From the NCBI RefSeq assembly GCF_009914755.1, contig NC_060926.1: a stretch of 64,000 nt of DNA; one strand, written 5' to 3'. A program made the position numbers and the translations under genes. Shown piece by piece: positions 14,997-28,110 of the stretch (position 1 is its first letter; each line of letters opens with the position of its first letter). This stretch comes from the human T2T-CHM13v2.0 reference genome, Homo sapiens. The notes under the pieces are model-generated. The model was not told where the DNA came from and did no database searches. It saw only the letters and a list, made by a program, of their open reading frames with translations.

Positions 14997-17259
14997 GCTT
15001 GACTATAGTTTTTGGGGAAGTGTATTCTCACACGGTGTGAAGTCTCTAATGTCATTCCCCAGAGGCAGCAGCTTTAGGCATGTGCGCAATTACCCCAGAT
15101 GATTTTATTTTGCATATTGAAAAACAGTAGTACATATATATCAAGAAACCTGTCAAATGTCATATAGTATTTATCAGGAGAGTTTAGACCAAAAACTAGT
15201 TAGTTTAAGCCTCCGTTAAGTGCAAATTTTTCTCCATCAATCTGTATTCAAATGAATTCCGAATGAGCACTATAATGATGGTGGATATAGATTCATCTTT
15301 CTACATAAAGAGAATAGTGTTTGTAATATTAATCTGCATATGTGGGCACATGTACTCATTAGGCAAGGGCCTATGACAGCTAAATCTATTCACATTCCAA
15401 ATCATAAAATGTATCTTTCTAAAGAAAACTTTTTCACTGTGTTGGGCACTATTGGCAGACAAGTTAATTTAGAAGTAATTTACAAAAAGCCGAAAAGTTA
15501 AATTTACAGCTGTTTGCTTTGAACACAATGTGTTCTGAATATATTCCAAGAATTGTGATGTCATCACAAACTTACTGAGGTAATAAATGTAGATATTATA
15601 AGGGCTATCAGAATATGACTAGTTCCCTTGAAAATAAGAGAAAAGAGATCAAGTTACAAGACACTAATTACATTGAGGGTGCTGATTTGTCATGACCGGA
15701 AACCCTAATGTTGAACAGTTATTGAATAGCTGTTTTTTTGTAATTTATTGGATATGTAGGCATCTTTATAAATGTTCATACCCTTTTTATATGAAATCTG
15801 TCTGTGAATTTTTGCACTATTGAATTGTAAAAATTGGAATTTTTCCTGAGTTATTAAGTACCAAGCTGTATTTTCTCGGTTAGCCTTAAAAGCAATATAT
15901 TCTAAATATTTGTTAATTTTATAAAAATAAACTTTTAAATAGTTTTTATCCAGTACTAAGAAACAGATAACTTTTCAAGTACTGCACTACTTATTAGGAA
16001 CTAGCTTTACAGCAATTGAATGTGCTCATAAATTAAAAAATAGAACACACATATCTACATCAAGTAGTATAAAAAGATTAAGTTAATAAATCAAGAGTAT
16101 CAATAACAAGATCTGATATATGAAGTGAAAGAAAATATAAGATAGTACCAAAGGAGGATAAATCTATTTAGAGATAGAATTATAAATTAGATGAAGTGAC
16201 AAAAAGGAAAGGTGAAATGGTCAAATTGTTCAAGATGAAAGATGATATAAAGAATAACAGCCCAACAGTCACATAAATTTTCAAGAGAGCAGAGAGAAGA
16301 CCACTATTGTAGAAGTCTTAGCTTGATTGAAATCTCTTGAATACATTAACCACAAAAGTTGTTCATTAACAATATTAGTGCCTACCTAGTTCTTGCAGTT
16401 GATATTTTCATAGCTAAAAGAGCTATTGAAATAGTAAAAGGTTATCATTGTTTTGATTTTCATTGCAAGGGTCAAAAGTTTTCAAGTGGAGCCTGAGGAT
16501 GTACTGAAATGCTAATGGTTTTGCTAGATGTCTAGAACTTTATAAGATGATGTGTAGGATGTCACCTTTCTTCAGATTTGCTGCCTCTTAACTTGAAAAT
16601 AATATCTGCCTATCAAAATAATAATTTCAATGAAGAATATCGAGGGGAAAGACAAAATGTGCTTAGTTATTACAACTCCAAAGCTTGCTTTCTTCTGGGG
16701 ATACTGAGTGTAAGAAAAGAAAATTCCTATATTTAGTGTATTTGGTTTAAATGATTTGTGGGGAGTGGGGAAAGTTATGTAACGTCTGTCTTACCTTATG
16801 CATGATTCTATCATTTATGTTACAAAGTCAGAGATAGTCAAAATAATGGGTAAGCATGGCTGTCTGGCATAAAGATAAAGGTCAATAAAATACCCCCATG
16901 GTTTAAATTCCATGCAGAAAGCCAAGGAGGCTTTCACTTAATTTGGCGTACTTCAGTTTGCACTAAGCTGTAGATCTCTCAAAGATGAGCAGCCTCTTTG
17001 TATCAACTGAATGATTGATAGGAAAGTTGCTGCATTCAGTACAAACTTCAAAAAGGAACTATTTTCTACTGAATGCTATCTTTGTAGATTATTTGTTTTG
17101 TTGTTAAAGCCTTAATTTGTAACTGCTAACAGCTATTTTACCATCAACATTTTTACAGGAAGCACCATTAATGAGTAGTTTTGCATAATGTATCAGTCTA
17201 CTGAAAACACACCAATGGGTAAAACTATTGAAGGAATCCTACTAGCTGACTAAAGTTAT

Positions 17260-18064
17260 TGCTATGGTCTGAATGTGTGTGTCCCCCCGACCACACACCA
17301 AATTCAGATGTTGGAAACTAATACCCAGTGTGATATGATTAAAAGGTTTGGCCTTAGGAAGGTGATTAAATTGTAAAAGCTCCAGTCTCATGAATGGATT
17401 AATGTATGCTATGGTTTGAATGTGTCCCCTCCAAAATTCATGTTGAAACTTAATTCCCATTGTAATGATATTAAGAAGTGGGGCCTTAAGGAGGTACGTA
17501 GGCCATGGGGGCTTTGCTTTCATGAATGAATTAGTGCCTTATAAAAGGGATGGAGTGGGAAAGCTTGCTTCTTCTGCTCTTTTGTCATGTGAGGACACAG
17601 TGTCTGTCTGTCCTCTTTTGCCCTTTCTGTTTCTTCTGCCATGTGAGGACACCCAGACAGTGCCATCTATGAGAAATGGGCTTTCACCAGAAACTGAACT
17701 TGCTGGTGACTTGATCTTGGACATCCCAGTCTCCAGAACTGTGAGAAATAAATTTCTGTTGTTTATAAATTACCCAGTCTCAACAATTTTGTTAAAGCAG
17801 CACACTATAGACTAAGACAGTGCCCTTATAAAAGAGGCTCAAGGGAGATGCTCAGCCCCTTCCTCCCTTCTGCCATGTGAGGATGCAACAAAAAGGTACC
17901 ATCTTTGAAGCAGAGTCCTCATCAAACACCAGATTTGTTTGTGTCTTGATCTAGACTTCCCAGCCTCAGGACTGTTAGTAATAAATTTCCATAATTTATA
18001 AATTGCCCAGTTTAAGGTGTTGTTGTTGTTGCTGTTGTTGTAGCAGCCCAAACAAACAAAGGTA
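17260..18064 (+). mobile_element. MaLR LTR (MSTD/MLT1A-like) split by a nested MST LTR
   Basis: TGCTATGGTCTGAATG start, resumes at 17820 (GTGCCCTTATAAAAGAGG); 5-bp TSD GTTAT at 17255-17259 and 18065-18069. Confidence 0.8.
17407..17819 (+). mobile_element. Nested MST-type MaLR LTR
   Basis: TGCTATGGTTTGAATGTGTCCCC ... AATAAATTTCTGTTGTTTATAAATTACCCAGTCTC..GACTAAGACA. Confidence 0.85.
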
Positions 18065-21000
18065 GTTATTACTTAGCTATGGGGAATATTATCATTCATC
18101 CAGGATCTAAGTAAATAAAGATTCAGATTAGGACAACACCACTCTCACTTCGTGAACTAGTTATGCTGATAAGGGTAACTGGTTTAACAGTTGAAGGCAA
18201 AATAATCGTCAGAGACAGCTATTTTGTATCATCTTATGACTAACACTGACACATTTTATCAAATCTTTAATATCAGATATAGAAGATACCTTAGAGATCA
18301 TCTAATCAAATTGGTGTACAATTTGTTATAGGCCCTACTTTTTAGAAATTAATCAGTTATCTGAATTTGTCAATAAATTAGTTTTATTAAAGTAAAGCTA
18401 ATTCAAGATTAATTGGGTAACTTAATTCTCACTCATGAAATAGACTTGTTTGAATGATAGAGGATAGAAACTTACATTTAACCTGGGAGAAACTGGCTGG
18501 TAGTTCATAAGAAAGTAAATACAACCAAAGGCAGTGGGAAAACATTTAAGACCGGCTGACTTGGAACATGTCCAGGGAATTTCTTCAATAAGCAAATAAC
18601 TTAAATAACACTGGAATTTCAAGACTCTATCTTCTCCCACACCACTCTCCATTGTGTCTCTACATCTTTGGAATTCAGAAAATAAATGAGTGGAAGTGGG
18701 CATGGAGCATTTTAATCTTGTTTCATTTCAGATCCTTCTGTTGGTCATCTAAAGAAATGCTGTGGCAGCCACAATACCAAGATGTGGCAGAACAGTGAGC
18801 TGATATGGAGCTATTGCAAACCAAGCGAGTAAAAGAAATAGCCTGTGAATTCTAGCCTCTAGCTGTGGAATTTTGACCTAAATAATACTGAGGAAGAAGA
18901 TAGCCAAGCATGGTATACTATGCAGTGCTTGGAACCTGAAGGTAAGGCTCCATGTGAGCAGGTGGATTCAGTTTACTGATAATCAGAGGAGATGAGTCAT
19001 ATCCAGGAAACGACCCATAATCCAAAAACAACAGGATTTCTAGATAGACGATCCATTTGGAATGCTATAAATGAAATGCTGCCTCACACTAAATGAAAAC
19101 ATGTGAAATAAACAAATGGATTTAAGAAGTCAATAAAAAATAGAACTATGAAAGAATTATAAGGAGAGGCTAATAATTTTTATCTTACACAGACTCCTAT
19201 ATTACTGGATTACTTTCTAATGATAAGCATATATCAGATTTTATTAAAAATTCAAATAATTTAAAACTAAAATTGTGTGAAAAAAAATCATTGCTGGTGT
19301 CATCATGAACAGCAGCATCTTACTTTCCAAGTGGAAATATTCAAATATCTGTGACAAGTAGATATTGTTTGTATTATGCATTTGTTAGTCTTATTTATAA
19401 ACGTAGACTTTAAACCTTACCAAGAAACATAATTTCAAATAATTTATATTTAAATCTCCATTTTATGAACCTACTTCAAACAAACTTAGTCTATAATAAA
19501 AATGTCAAGGATATAGCCATTCAGAACAGGACATTCCCAGGATACCAGTTAGAAGCATTTTCACACAATGCAAGAGCAAAACTCTTGTTAATAGGGTGCT
19601 GTAATTACAAGATGACTTGCAACACAAAAGAACACTAGATTAATTCTTTTAGAAGGGCAAGCCTGTGGCTCAGCCTATGAATGACACTTCTATTTCCCTT
19701 AGATAACCTTGTAAATATAAATATCAAGCAACATTAATATCAATGCTGCTGTTCTTTAAACACCATTTTTTAATAGTCATGGTTATAAATGTGGAATGTT
19801 GAGATGTACATAAGATTAAACTTTGCAACATTGGACATATCAGAATCTAATAATTATAGAAATGTAATCCTTCGGAGTTCAGAAAAGGAAGTAAATGCAT
19901 TTCCTCCAGTTTTTTGTTAATGGGAAAGATCTAACAAGTATAAAAATTATAAAGGAGCTTAGAGAAAAGTTGGATGAGATAGGACAGTTTGGGAGAGTAT
20001 TAATCTTTATATAGAATAAGTCCACAAAAGAATGATTGTATCTATAATTCATAAAGATAACTTTATGTATTTAATGCAGAGTGAAGGTCTGAGGATAATT
20101 TGAACCCATATCTTCTGGGGGAATTTTTAAATTAAAATTAGCCTGTGTAATCACCACATCATCATAATATTTGTAAAATTAACATAGAATGAAAAATAAA
20201 TTGGTATAGATACATAGATTTCTTAATGGTGGCTCTACTTTTAAAATAACTTCAGTTTAGAGAAACCACCTAATATACATTTGCATCCTTGATTGTCAGC
20301 TTAGAGCCAGACATGTAGCAAGCATTTAATAAAAATTGACTCAGAGACTAAGGTAATACAAACAGACTATACCAGTATTCCCATGTATTTTTAATAGCTG
20401 AAAAAAAGACCCAATTTTTCATATATATAATTAGCTAGATTTAGATTTTTTTAATTTACAAGCAATTGTATGTATTATGATATACATGATGTCATGATGT
20501 TTGATATGTATGTATATTCTGTAATGAGAAAATCAAGCCATTGAGCATATGCATCATGTCACATATGTATTTTTTTGTGGTGAGAACACTTATAATCTAC
20601 TCTCTTAGCAATGTTTAAGAATACTATATGTTGTTATTAACTATAGTAGCCATGAGGTACACTAGATCTCTTAGACTTATTCTTTTTATCTAACTGAAAT
20701 TGTTTGGTCTTTGACCAACATCTCCACATCCTCCCCACTCCTCCCAGCACCTGGAGACAACCATATTACTCTTGGGTTATATTATGGTGACTTTAAATCC
20801 ACATAAGTGAGATTGTGCAATACTTGTCTTTCTGTGCTGGGCTTATTTCTCCTATCATAATGTCCTCCAGGTTTATCCATGTTGTTGGAAATGACAAGAT
20901 TTTCTTCTTTTCGTAAAGCTGAAGAATATTACATTGTATATATCCACCACATAAAAAAAACTATTCATCCATTGAAGAACATTTAAATTCATTACAAATC

Positions 21001-22367
21001 TTACCTATTGTAAATAATGCCACAATGAACATGGGAGTACCATTATCTCTTCAACATACTGATTTCATTTACTTTGGATACATGCCCAGTAGTGGGATTG
21101 CTGAATCATATAGTAGTTCTGTCTTTATTTTGCGGGGAGGAAGCTCTGTACTGTTTTTCATAATGGCTGTACTAATTTACGTTTCTGCTAGCAGCGTACA
21201 AGGGTTCTCTATTCTCTACATCCTCACCAATATTTACCTTTTGTCTTTCTGATAATAGTTATTCTAACAATTGTGATGTGATATCTCATTGTGGTTTTAC
21301 TTTGGGTTTACCTGATGATTAGTTATACTGTGCAATTTTCTTATAACTTAACCAGTTATATGTGTGTTTTGTAACTGTGAACCAGTTACATGTGTTCTTT
21401 TAACTGTTAACCAATATAAGTTCTTTTGAGAAATGTTTATCTAGATCTCTTGCCATTTTTTAATCAGATGATTTGTTTTCTTACTATTAAGTTGTTTGAG
21501 GTCCTTATATATTTTGGATATTAACCTCTTATAGCATGTATGATCTGCAAATATTTTCTCACATTCTGTAGACCATCTCTTCACTCTGTTGATGTTTCAT
21601 TGGCTGTGCAGAAACTTTTTGGTTTGATGCAATTCTGTTTTTCTATTTTTGCTTTAACTGTCCATGCCTTGGGGTCCTATCTGAAAAATCATTGCCTAGA
21701 CAAATGTCACGGAGCATCTCCTTTTTGTTTTATTTTGGTAGTTTACAGATTCAGGTATTATATTTAAGACTTCAATAATTTTGGGTTGATTTTGTCTATG
21801 GTGTGAGATAATTGTATAAATTCATTATTCTGCAGGTGAATATCCAGTTTTCCTAGCACTATTTATTAGAGAGATTGCTGTTTCCCTATTTTGTGTTCTT
21901 TGCATCTCTGCCAAAAATTAAGTGACCATAAATGCATGGGCTTATTTCTGGACTCTCTATGTTGTTCCATTGCACTATGGTCCTTTTTTCAATCCAGTGC
22001 CTTCCTTTGTTAATTACTATAGCTCTATATTAGATCAGGTAGTGTGATGCTTCCAGTTTTGTTCCTTTTCCTCAGTACTGCTTTGGCTATACCAGGCCTT
22101 TTGTGGTTCCATATGAATTTTAAGATTTATTCTACTTCTATGAAAAATGTCATTGGAATTTTGATGTAAATTGTATTGAAGCTGTAGATTGCTTTGAGTA
22201 GCATAGACACTTAACAATGTTAATTCTTCGAATCCAGAAACATGGATGTCTTTCCATGTACTTGCGTCCTCAATTTATTTCATCGCATTTTATACTTGTT
22301 AGTGTACAGATTTTTCACATTCTTGGTTAAATTTATTCTTTAGTTGGTATTTTCAGTGGCTATTTTA

Positions 22368-22425
22368 TTAGGTAGGTGCAAAAGTAATTGTGTTTTTTGC
22401 CATTAAAATAATGGCACCAACCTAA
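22368..22425. mobile_element. MADE1 (Hsmar1 MITE), internally deleted
   Basis: TTAGGTAGGTGCAAAAGTAATTG..TTTTTGCCATT..AATGGCACCAACCTAA with TA TSD on both sides. Confidence 0.88.
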
Positions 22426-22544
22426 TAAATGGGATTTATTCTTATTTTTCTATTGTTTGGAAAATTGTTAGTCTGTAGAAATGCTACTGATTTTTATGTG
22501 CTGATTTTGTCTGCTGTAACTTTATGGAATTAATTTATTAGTAC

Positions 22545-23412
22545 TGTCAAACAAAGAGTCACATTCTGTAAAATATTTGAAGAGATAAGCCAAATATGAG
22601 TGGCCAGTGGCCCATGACATAGCCCCAGGAGATCTTGAGAACATGTGTCCAATGTAGTTGGGCTACAGCTTGATTTTCTACATTTTAGGGAGACAGGACA
22701 TCAATCAACACATGCAAGATGTACCTTGGTTTGGTTCAGAAAGGTGGGACAACTGGAAGTGGGGACTTCCAGGTTATAGGCAGATTCAAAGATTTTCTAA
22801 TTGGCAATTGGTTGAAAGTGTTATTTTCTAAAGACCTAGAATCAATAGAAAGAAATGTCTGGGTTAAGGCTAAGGCATTGTGGAGATCAAGATTTTATCA
22901 TGCAGATGAGGCCTGCAGGTAGCAGGCTTCAGAGTTCTTATCAGACCTAAAAATGTGCCAGACTCTTAGTTAATTCTCTCCTGGATCAGATGAAAGATTT
23001 GGAAAAGAAAGAGGATTCTCTATAGAATGTAGATTTTCCTCACAAAGGATAGGTTTGCAGGACCATTTCAAAATACATCAAAAGAAATAGATTTTGAGGA
23101 AAAAAATACTTCAGTTTCTTTCAGGTGCTGACATCTATCATGTGATGCTATACTAGAGTCAGGCTGGAATTTGGTGTCTTATTGTTACAAAAGTCTGCTT
23201 TGTCAGTTTTAGGATCTCTGTTTTAATGTTGATGCTGGTCAATTGTGCCTGAATCCCAAAGAAAGGAGAGTGTAATGAGGCATGTCCAATCACCCATCCC
23301 TATCATAGCCTGAACTGGATTTTCAGGTATCCTATGGAATGCCCTTGGCCAAGGGTGGAGGGTGGGGTCCATCAGTCAATTTGGGGGTTTAGAATTTTAT
23401 TTTTGATTTACA
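22545..23412 (-). mobile_element. Solo MER4-family LTR (MER4D/E-like)
   Basis: TGTC..AAAGAGTCACATTCTGTAAAATATTTGAAGAG..GAGAACATGTGTCCAA ... TTTTGATTTACA; 4-bp TSD GTAC/GTTC. Confidence 0.82.
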
Positions 23413-25339
23413 GTTCTAATATTTTTCTGATGGAATCTTTAGGGTTGTTACATGTAAGATCATGTCATCCACAAACATAGATAATTTAACTTCTTCCTTT
23501 CCAAATTGGATGCTTTTATTTATTTCTCTTGTCTAGTTGCTCTAGCCAGAATTTCCATGTTGAATGTTAAGTGGTGAGAAGTGTATCTTTGTCTTGTTTC
23601 TGTTCTTAGAGGTGAGCTTTGAACTTTGTAATATTGAATATGACATCAACTATGGGATTGTTTTATACGCATTGGGATGGTTGTAATATTGAGTATGACA
23701 TCAACTATGGGATTGTTGTTTATTGCACTGAGGCACAATCCTATATCTAATTTTTGAGAGTTTTTATAATAAAAGATGCTGAAGTTTGTGAAATGCCTTT
23801 TCTGCATCAATTGATGTAATCATATTGTTTTTGTCCTTTTTTTCTGCTAATATATGTATCACATTTATATATTTGTATATATTGAACCATCCTTGCACTT
23901 CAGAGATAAATCCCACCTGGTCATGGAAAATGATCCTTTCAATGTGCTATTGAATTTAGTTTATTGTAATTTGTTGATAATTTTTACATCTATGTTCATC
24001 AAGGATGTTGACCTGTAATTTACTTTTATTGAAATGTCATTGTCTGGCTTTGGTATCAGGGTGATGCTGGCCTTATGAAATGAATTTAGGTGTATTCCCC
24101 TTCTTCAATTTTTTGGAAGAGTTTAAGAATTGGCATTAGTTCATCTTTAAATGTTTGGTAGAATTCAGCAGTGAAGCCATCCAGATTCTGAGCTTTCTTT
24201 GATGGGAGACTTCTTATTACTAATTCAATCTCTTTACTCATTATTGGTGTGTTCAGATTTTCTATTTCTTCACGATTCAGTCTTTGTAGGGTGTATGTGT
24301 ATAGTAATGTACTCATTTCTTCTAGCTTATCCAATTTGTTGGACTATAGTTGTTCATAGTATTGTAACACATATGACCCTTTATATTTCTGTGGTGTCAG
24401 TTGTAAGGTCTTCTCTCATTTCCAATTTTGTCTTCTCTTTATTTACTAACTATTTTAATTATCTTTTAAAAAATCTAACTCTTAGTTTTCTTGTTCTTTT
24501 GTGTTGTTTTCCTAGTTTCTATTTTATTTATTTCTGCTCTTATGCTCCTTTTGTAGCATTCCATTTTTAGAATTAAGTATGTTGTGTTTATATTTTTCTT
24601 CATATCATGATATTTTAAAATTACCATTTTATTTTCTGCTTTATTGGTTGTTTAGAAGCATGCTGTATAATTTGCACATATTTGTAAATTTTCCAAAATT
24701 CCTTCTATTATTGATTTCTGGTTTTATACCATTGAGGTCAGAAAAGACACGTTACTTGACTTCAGTCTTCTTTTATTCATTAAGACTTGTTTTGTGACCC
24801 AACATAGGATCTATCTGGAGAATGTTTCATGTGCACTTAAGAAAAATGTGTATTTTCTGCTATTGAATGGACTGTTCTATATATGTCTTTAAGGTCCATT
24901 TGGTCTAACATGTAGTTCAAATCTGTTGTATTTTTATTTATTTGTTTTTGTCTGGATGAACCATCTGACTTTGAAAGCGCGTTGATGAAGTCCCCTGTCA
25001 TTATTGTTTTCTATTATCTCTCTGTATTCAGTTTGATTTTAATTAAAATTATTTTCATAAAATATTTTTCTAATTGTAAAATTACCGTCAAACAATTTTC
25101 AAAACTTTGAACAATACAACAAAGGATGTTTGAGAAAAAAGGCTTTTAAAAAAGAAAGGAAAAATACGATAACGTAGAAAAGATAACTTATTATGCACAT
25201 TTTGGGCAATTTTACCTGAGTTCATTTATTGTGATGTAAGTAACGTAATGCATATATCAATTTTTATGCAAGTCTTTTTCACTTAACATAAAACAACAAT
25301 GTCTCCTTTGTGAAAAAACAGAAGCACGTAGTCAAAGAA

Positions 25340-25740
25340 GAATCAGGGATAATGTTATAGAGGTTGTTGATTATTCAAAGTAGAGATGATGATTTGGAAT
25401 AGATGGTGCATGTGGAAGGTTCTGGAAGTGACAGATCTGGAATATTTTGGAAGTTGAGCCGATAATACTTGCTGATGAATGAAATGTGGTCTGTATATTA
25501 ATGAGAGGGACCAAAGATGATTTCTGTGTTTTCAGCTTGAGTAACTGGATTAATGAATGTCATTTTCGAAGATGGAGAATCTTGGAGAGGAGTAGAGGGT
25601 ATAAAGAAATTAAGAATTCTGATTGAGTCATGTTAAGATTGAGATGACTAGTAGACACCAAGTAGAGATAATCAGTTTGAAGTTGTGTATCAAATATGAA
25701 GCTTAGAAAAGTGGTCAGCATTGAAGTGAAAAACTGCTGT
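25340..25740 (-). mobile_element. L2 fragment
   Basis: Purine-rich antisense L2 motifs (GAGCCGATAATACTTGCTGATGAAT, GTTAAGATTGAGATGACTAGTAGACACCAAGTAGAGAT). Confidence 0.6.
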
Positions 25741-27059
25741 CCATATAGGTATCAGGATGAATATGGTTAGCCATATTACATTAATATTTATTGAGCACAA
25801 TTATCTATTATTTTTGAGGGAAAGGTGGCTAAATAACATAGACTTTTGGACAGTTACTATTACACAATTTAAAAAAATTTTCACATGCACCCTTACATCA
25901 CAATGCTTTTCTGTTTGATTTTCCTTATGTGCCAGAAGGATTTAAAAAAAAAACCCCAAAAGGTTTTTTGTAATTAAAAAAGACATAGAACGTTTATATT
26001 GAGCAGGCTTTAATTTTTTTTGATCTTGTCCTTTGAAAAAATAACTCTTGTCCTGGTTTGGGTTATCCAAATATTCAAAGCTAAATCCTGGGCTGCATGG
26101 ATTACAGTTATGTCTCAGCTTGGTAATTTGTAGGAAAATGTGTACTAATGCAGAGCAGATGAAACATGATTGCCTTGTATCAAAATGACCTGCATGTAAA
26201 TTAATCAAACAGGCATTGCTTAGATACTACCTTGGCTACAGATTTCTGCAGAAGTTAAATTGATATATTAAAATGCATTCAATCTAGTTTTACTTCAGAA
26301 AATATAAGCCAAAATTTACCATCAGAAATATATACTAAAGTTTTAATATGATAGTCTACACAATAAGAAAAAGTTCTTATGGATGGATCTGGGTCGTGTT
26401 CTTTCTTGTTGACAGTATTGGTAATTTCCATGCATAAATAAAGAATAGAATATGAGATCCATGAACCAGGCTGACTACAGTGAATAATGATTCTGTAAAG
26501 TTTAAATCTGAATTGCAGTGAAAGCCAGACCTGATGAATGAGATGAGTAATTTGTAAAACTGACACTTTATGGGACATATCATATTACAGACTGTTATAC
26601 TTGTAAAAAGAAAAAAATCAAAAACCATTTCACAAAATGAGGAAAGATTGTGTTTCAGTTTGTTTCTACTCACAAATTTTTCTCTTGACTTGTTTATATT
26701 ATAGGTACCTAGAAACCCATACTGAACTCCGCAATTTTAAATATTGTGTGATGCACGCATGGACTTCTGATATTTTCTCTTACGCTGTATGAAATACAGA
26801 GCAAACATGCAATTTGAAAAGGAATGCTTTATAAAGCTGCAAGGGATAAGGCTATGGACATAGAGACTGATTAACTAAAAATGGGTTCTTTGATGAGAAT
26901 ATGATTACTAGCTTCAAGCTTTAAGATTTTTTGCTGGAAATACCACTGATTTTCTACAAGCTATTTAAGCAATGGATTTAAAATGGAAGAGCAAACACTA
27001 GCCCACAAGTCATGTATACATATATCTTCTAATCTTTCGCTCATTCTCTAATTCAGTAA

Positions 27060-27170
27060 ATCATATAATCCCTTTTAGTTTTAGTTTCCCAATATGTGAA
27101 ATAGAGATGAAGTGGTTGTCATTTCTCATTCAGTATGGTTGTGAGGATAAAATAAGAAAATACGTTGATA
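27060..27170 (+). mobile_element. MIR core fragment
   Basis: TAGTTTCCCAATATGTGAAATAGAGAT..GGTTGTGAGGATAAAATAAGA. Confidence 0.5.
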
Positions 27171-27749
27171 ACATAGATACAAGGAAATAGAATAGTTATA
27201 AAAATGCTATTATATTTTACATTATCTTTAATCACTTAGACCCACATAATCCAAATAAAATATTTTTATTTTAATACTTAATGAAAAGCTCAAATGAGTA
27301 CTTTAAAAAGCAGTCAATTTCTAAAAGACAGCTTTAAATGTGTGTCTTTAAAAGAAATTGGCCTATTTATAGAAATACAAATGAGCATTAGTTTCTCAGT
27401 AAATTAAGTTTGCAAAGATGTAAGCAGCAAAAGCTATTCTCAGTTTAGAGATTTTTTAAAAAACCAGATGATCCTCATAGGCATATGGAAAAATATTTGT
27501 GAATGATTTATGTTATTTCTGAGGTTTGTACATTTTAAAGTTCCTTGATTACTTATTCAGATTTGTTCGACATCTTAGCAGCTACAGTCAAGCACCACTA
27601 TTCAAGGTGGTATGGGCAATGTGGTTGCCTTCAAGCAAAGCCAAACAAGACAAGAAAAAAAAGAAAAGCAAAAAATTTGTCATGTTTAACCCTTATTCTA
27701 GGGCCATGACTGTTCTTTTGCTTAATATCTTTATAAACAGAGATATATT

Positions 27750-28110
27750 GCTCGTTTATTCACTTGTCCAGCATCAAATATTTGCTGAGCAGCTACTATG
27801 TGCTGGATGCTGGGTATAAAGCAGTAATAAAAGTAGGCAAAGTCTGTCTTCATGGAGCCTGCATCTTATTCATGAAGACAGGCTGTGAAGTAAAGAATGA
27901 GCCATGCTAACACGTGGAGGAATGAGTGTTTGCAGCACAGAGAACAGCCATTGCAAAGCCCCTGAGAAAAAGCATGTTAAGCATAATGGAATAACAAAAA
28001 GGAGGTCAGTGTGACCAGAGCAGAGTGAGCAAGAGGAACAGTAGTACAAATGAAGATGGAGAAGGAAGCAGGGCCAGTTAATGTGTAAGATTTAAGCCCA
28101 AGGTAAGAAG
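27750..28110 (-). mobile_element. L2 3' end
   Basis: TTATTCACTTGTCCAGCATCAAATATTTGCTGAGCAGCTACTATGTGCTGG is an antisense L2 terminus. Confidence 0.65.

Larger units (their letters stand above)
20450..25010 (-). mobile_element. L1MA-type element (3'UTR plus ORF2 relic) with MADE1 and MER4 insertions
   Basis: Antisense L1 3' end; minus ORF 24086-24334 [35 protein letters not shown] is L1 ORF2. Confidence 0.88.

Noticed and set aside
15100-17250. Long repeat-poor stretch, possibly conserved non-coding element
   Set aside because: Conservation cannot be judged from one sequence; no motif cluster, ORF or CpG island visible
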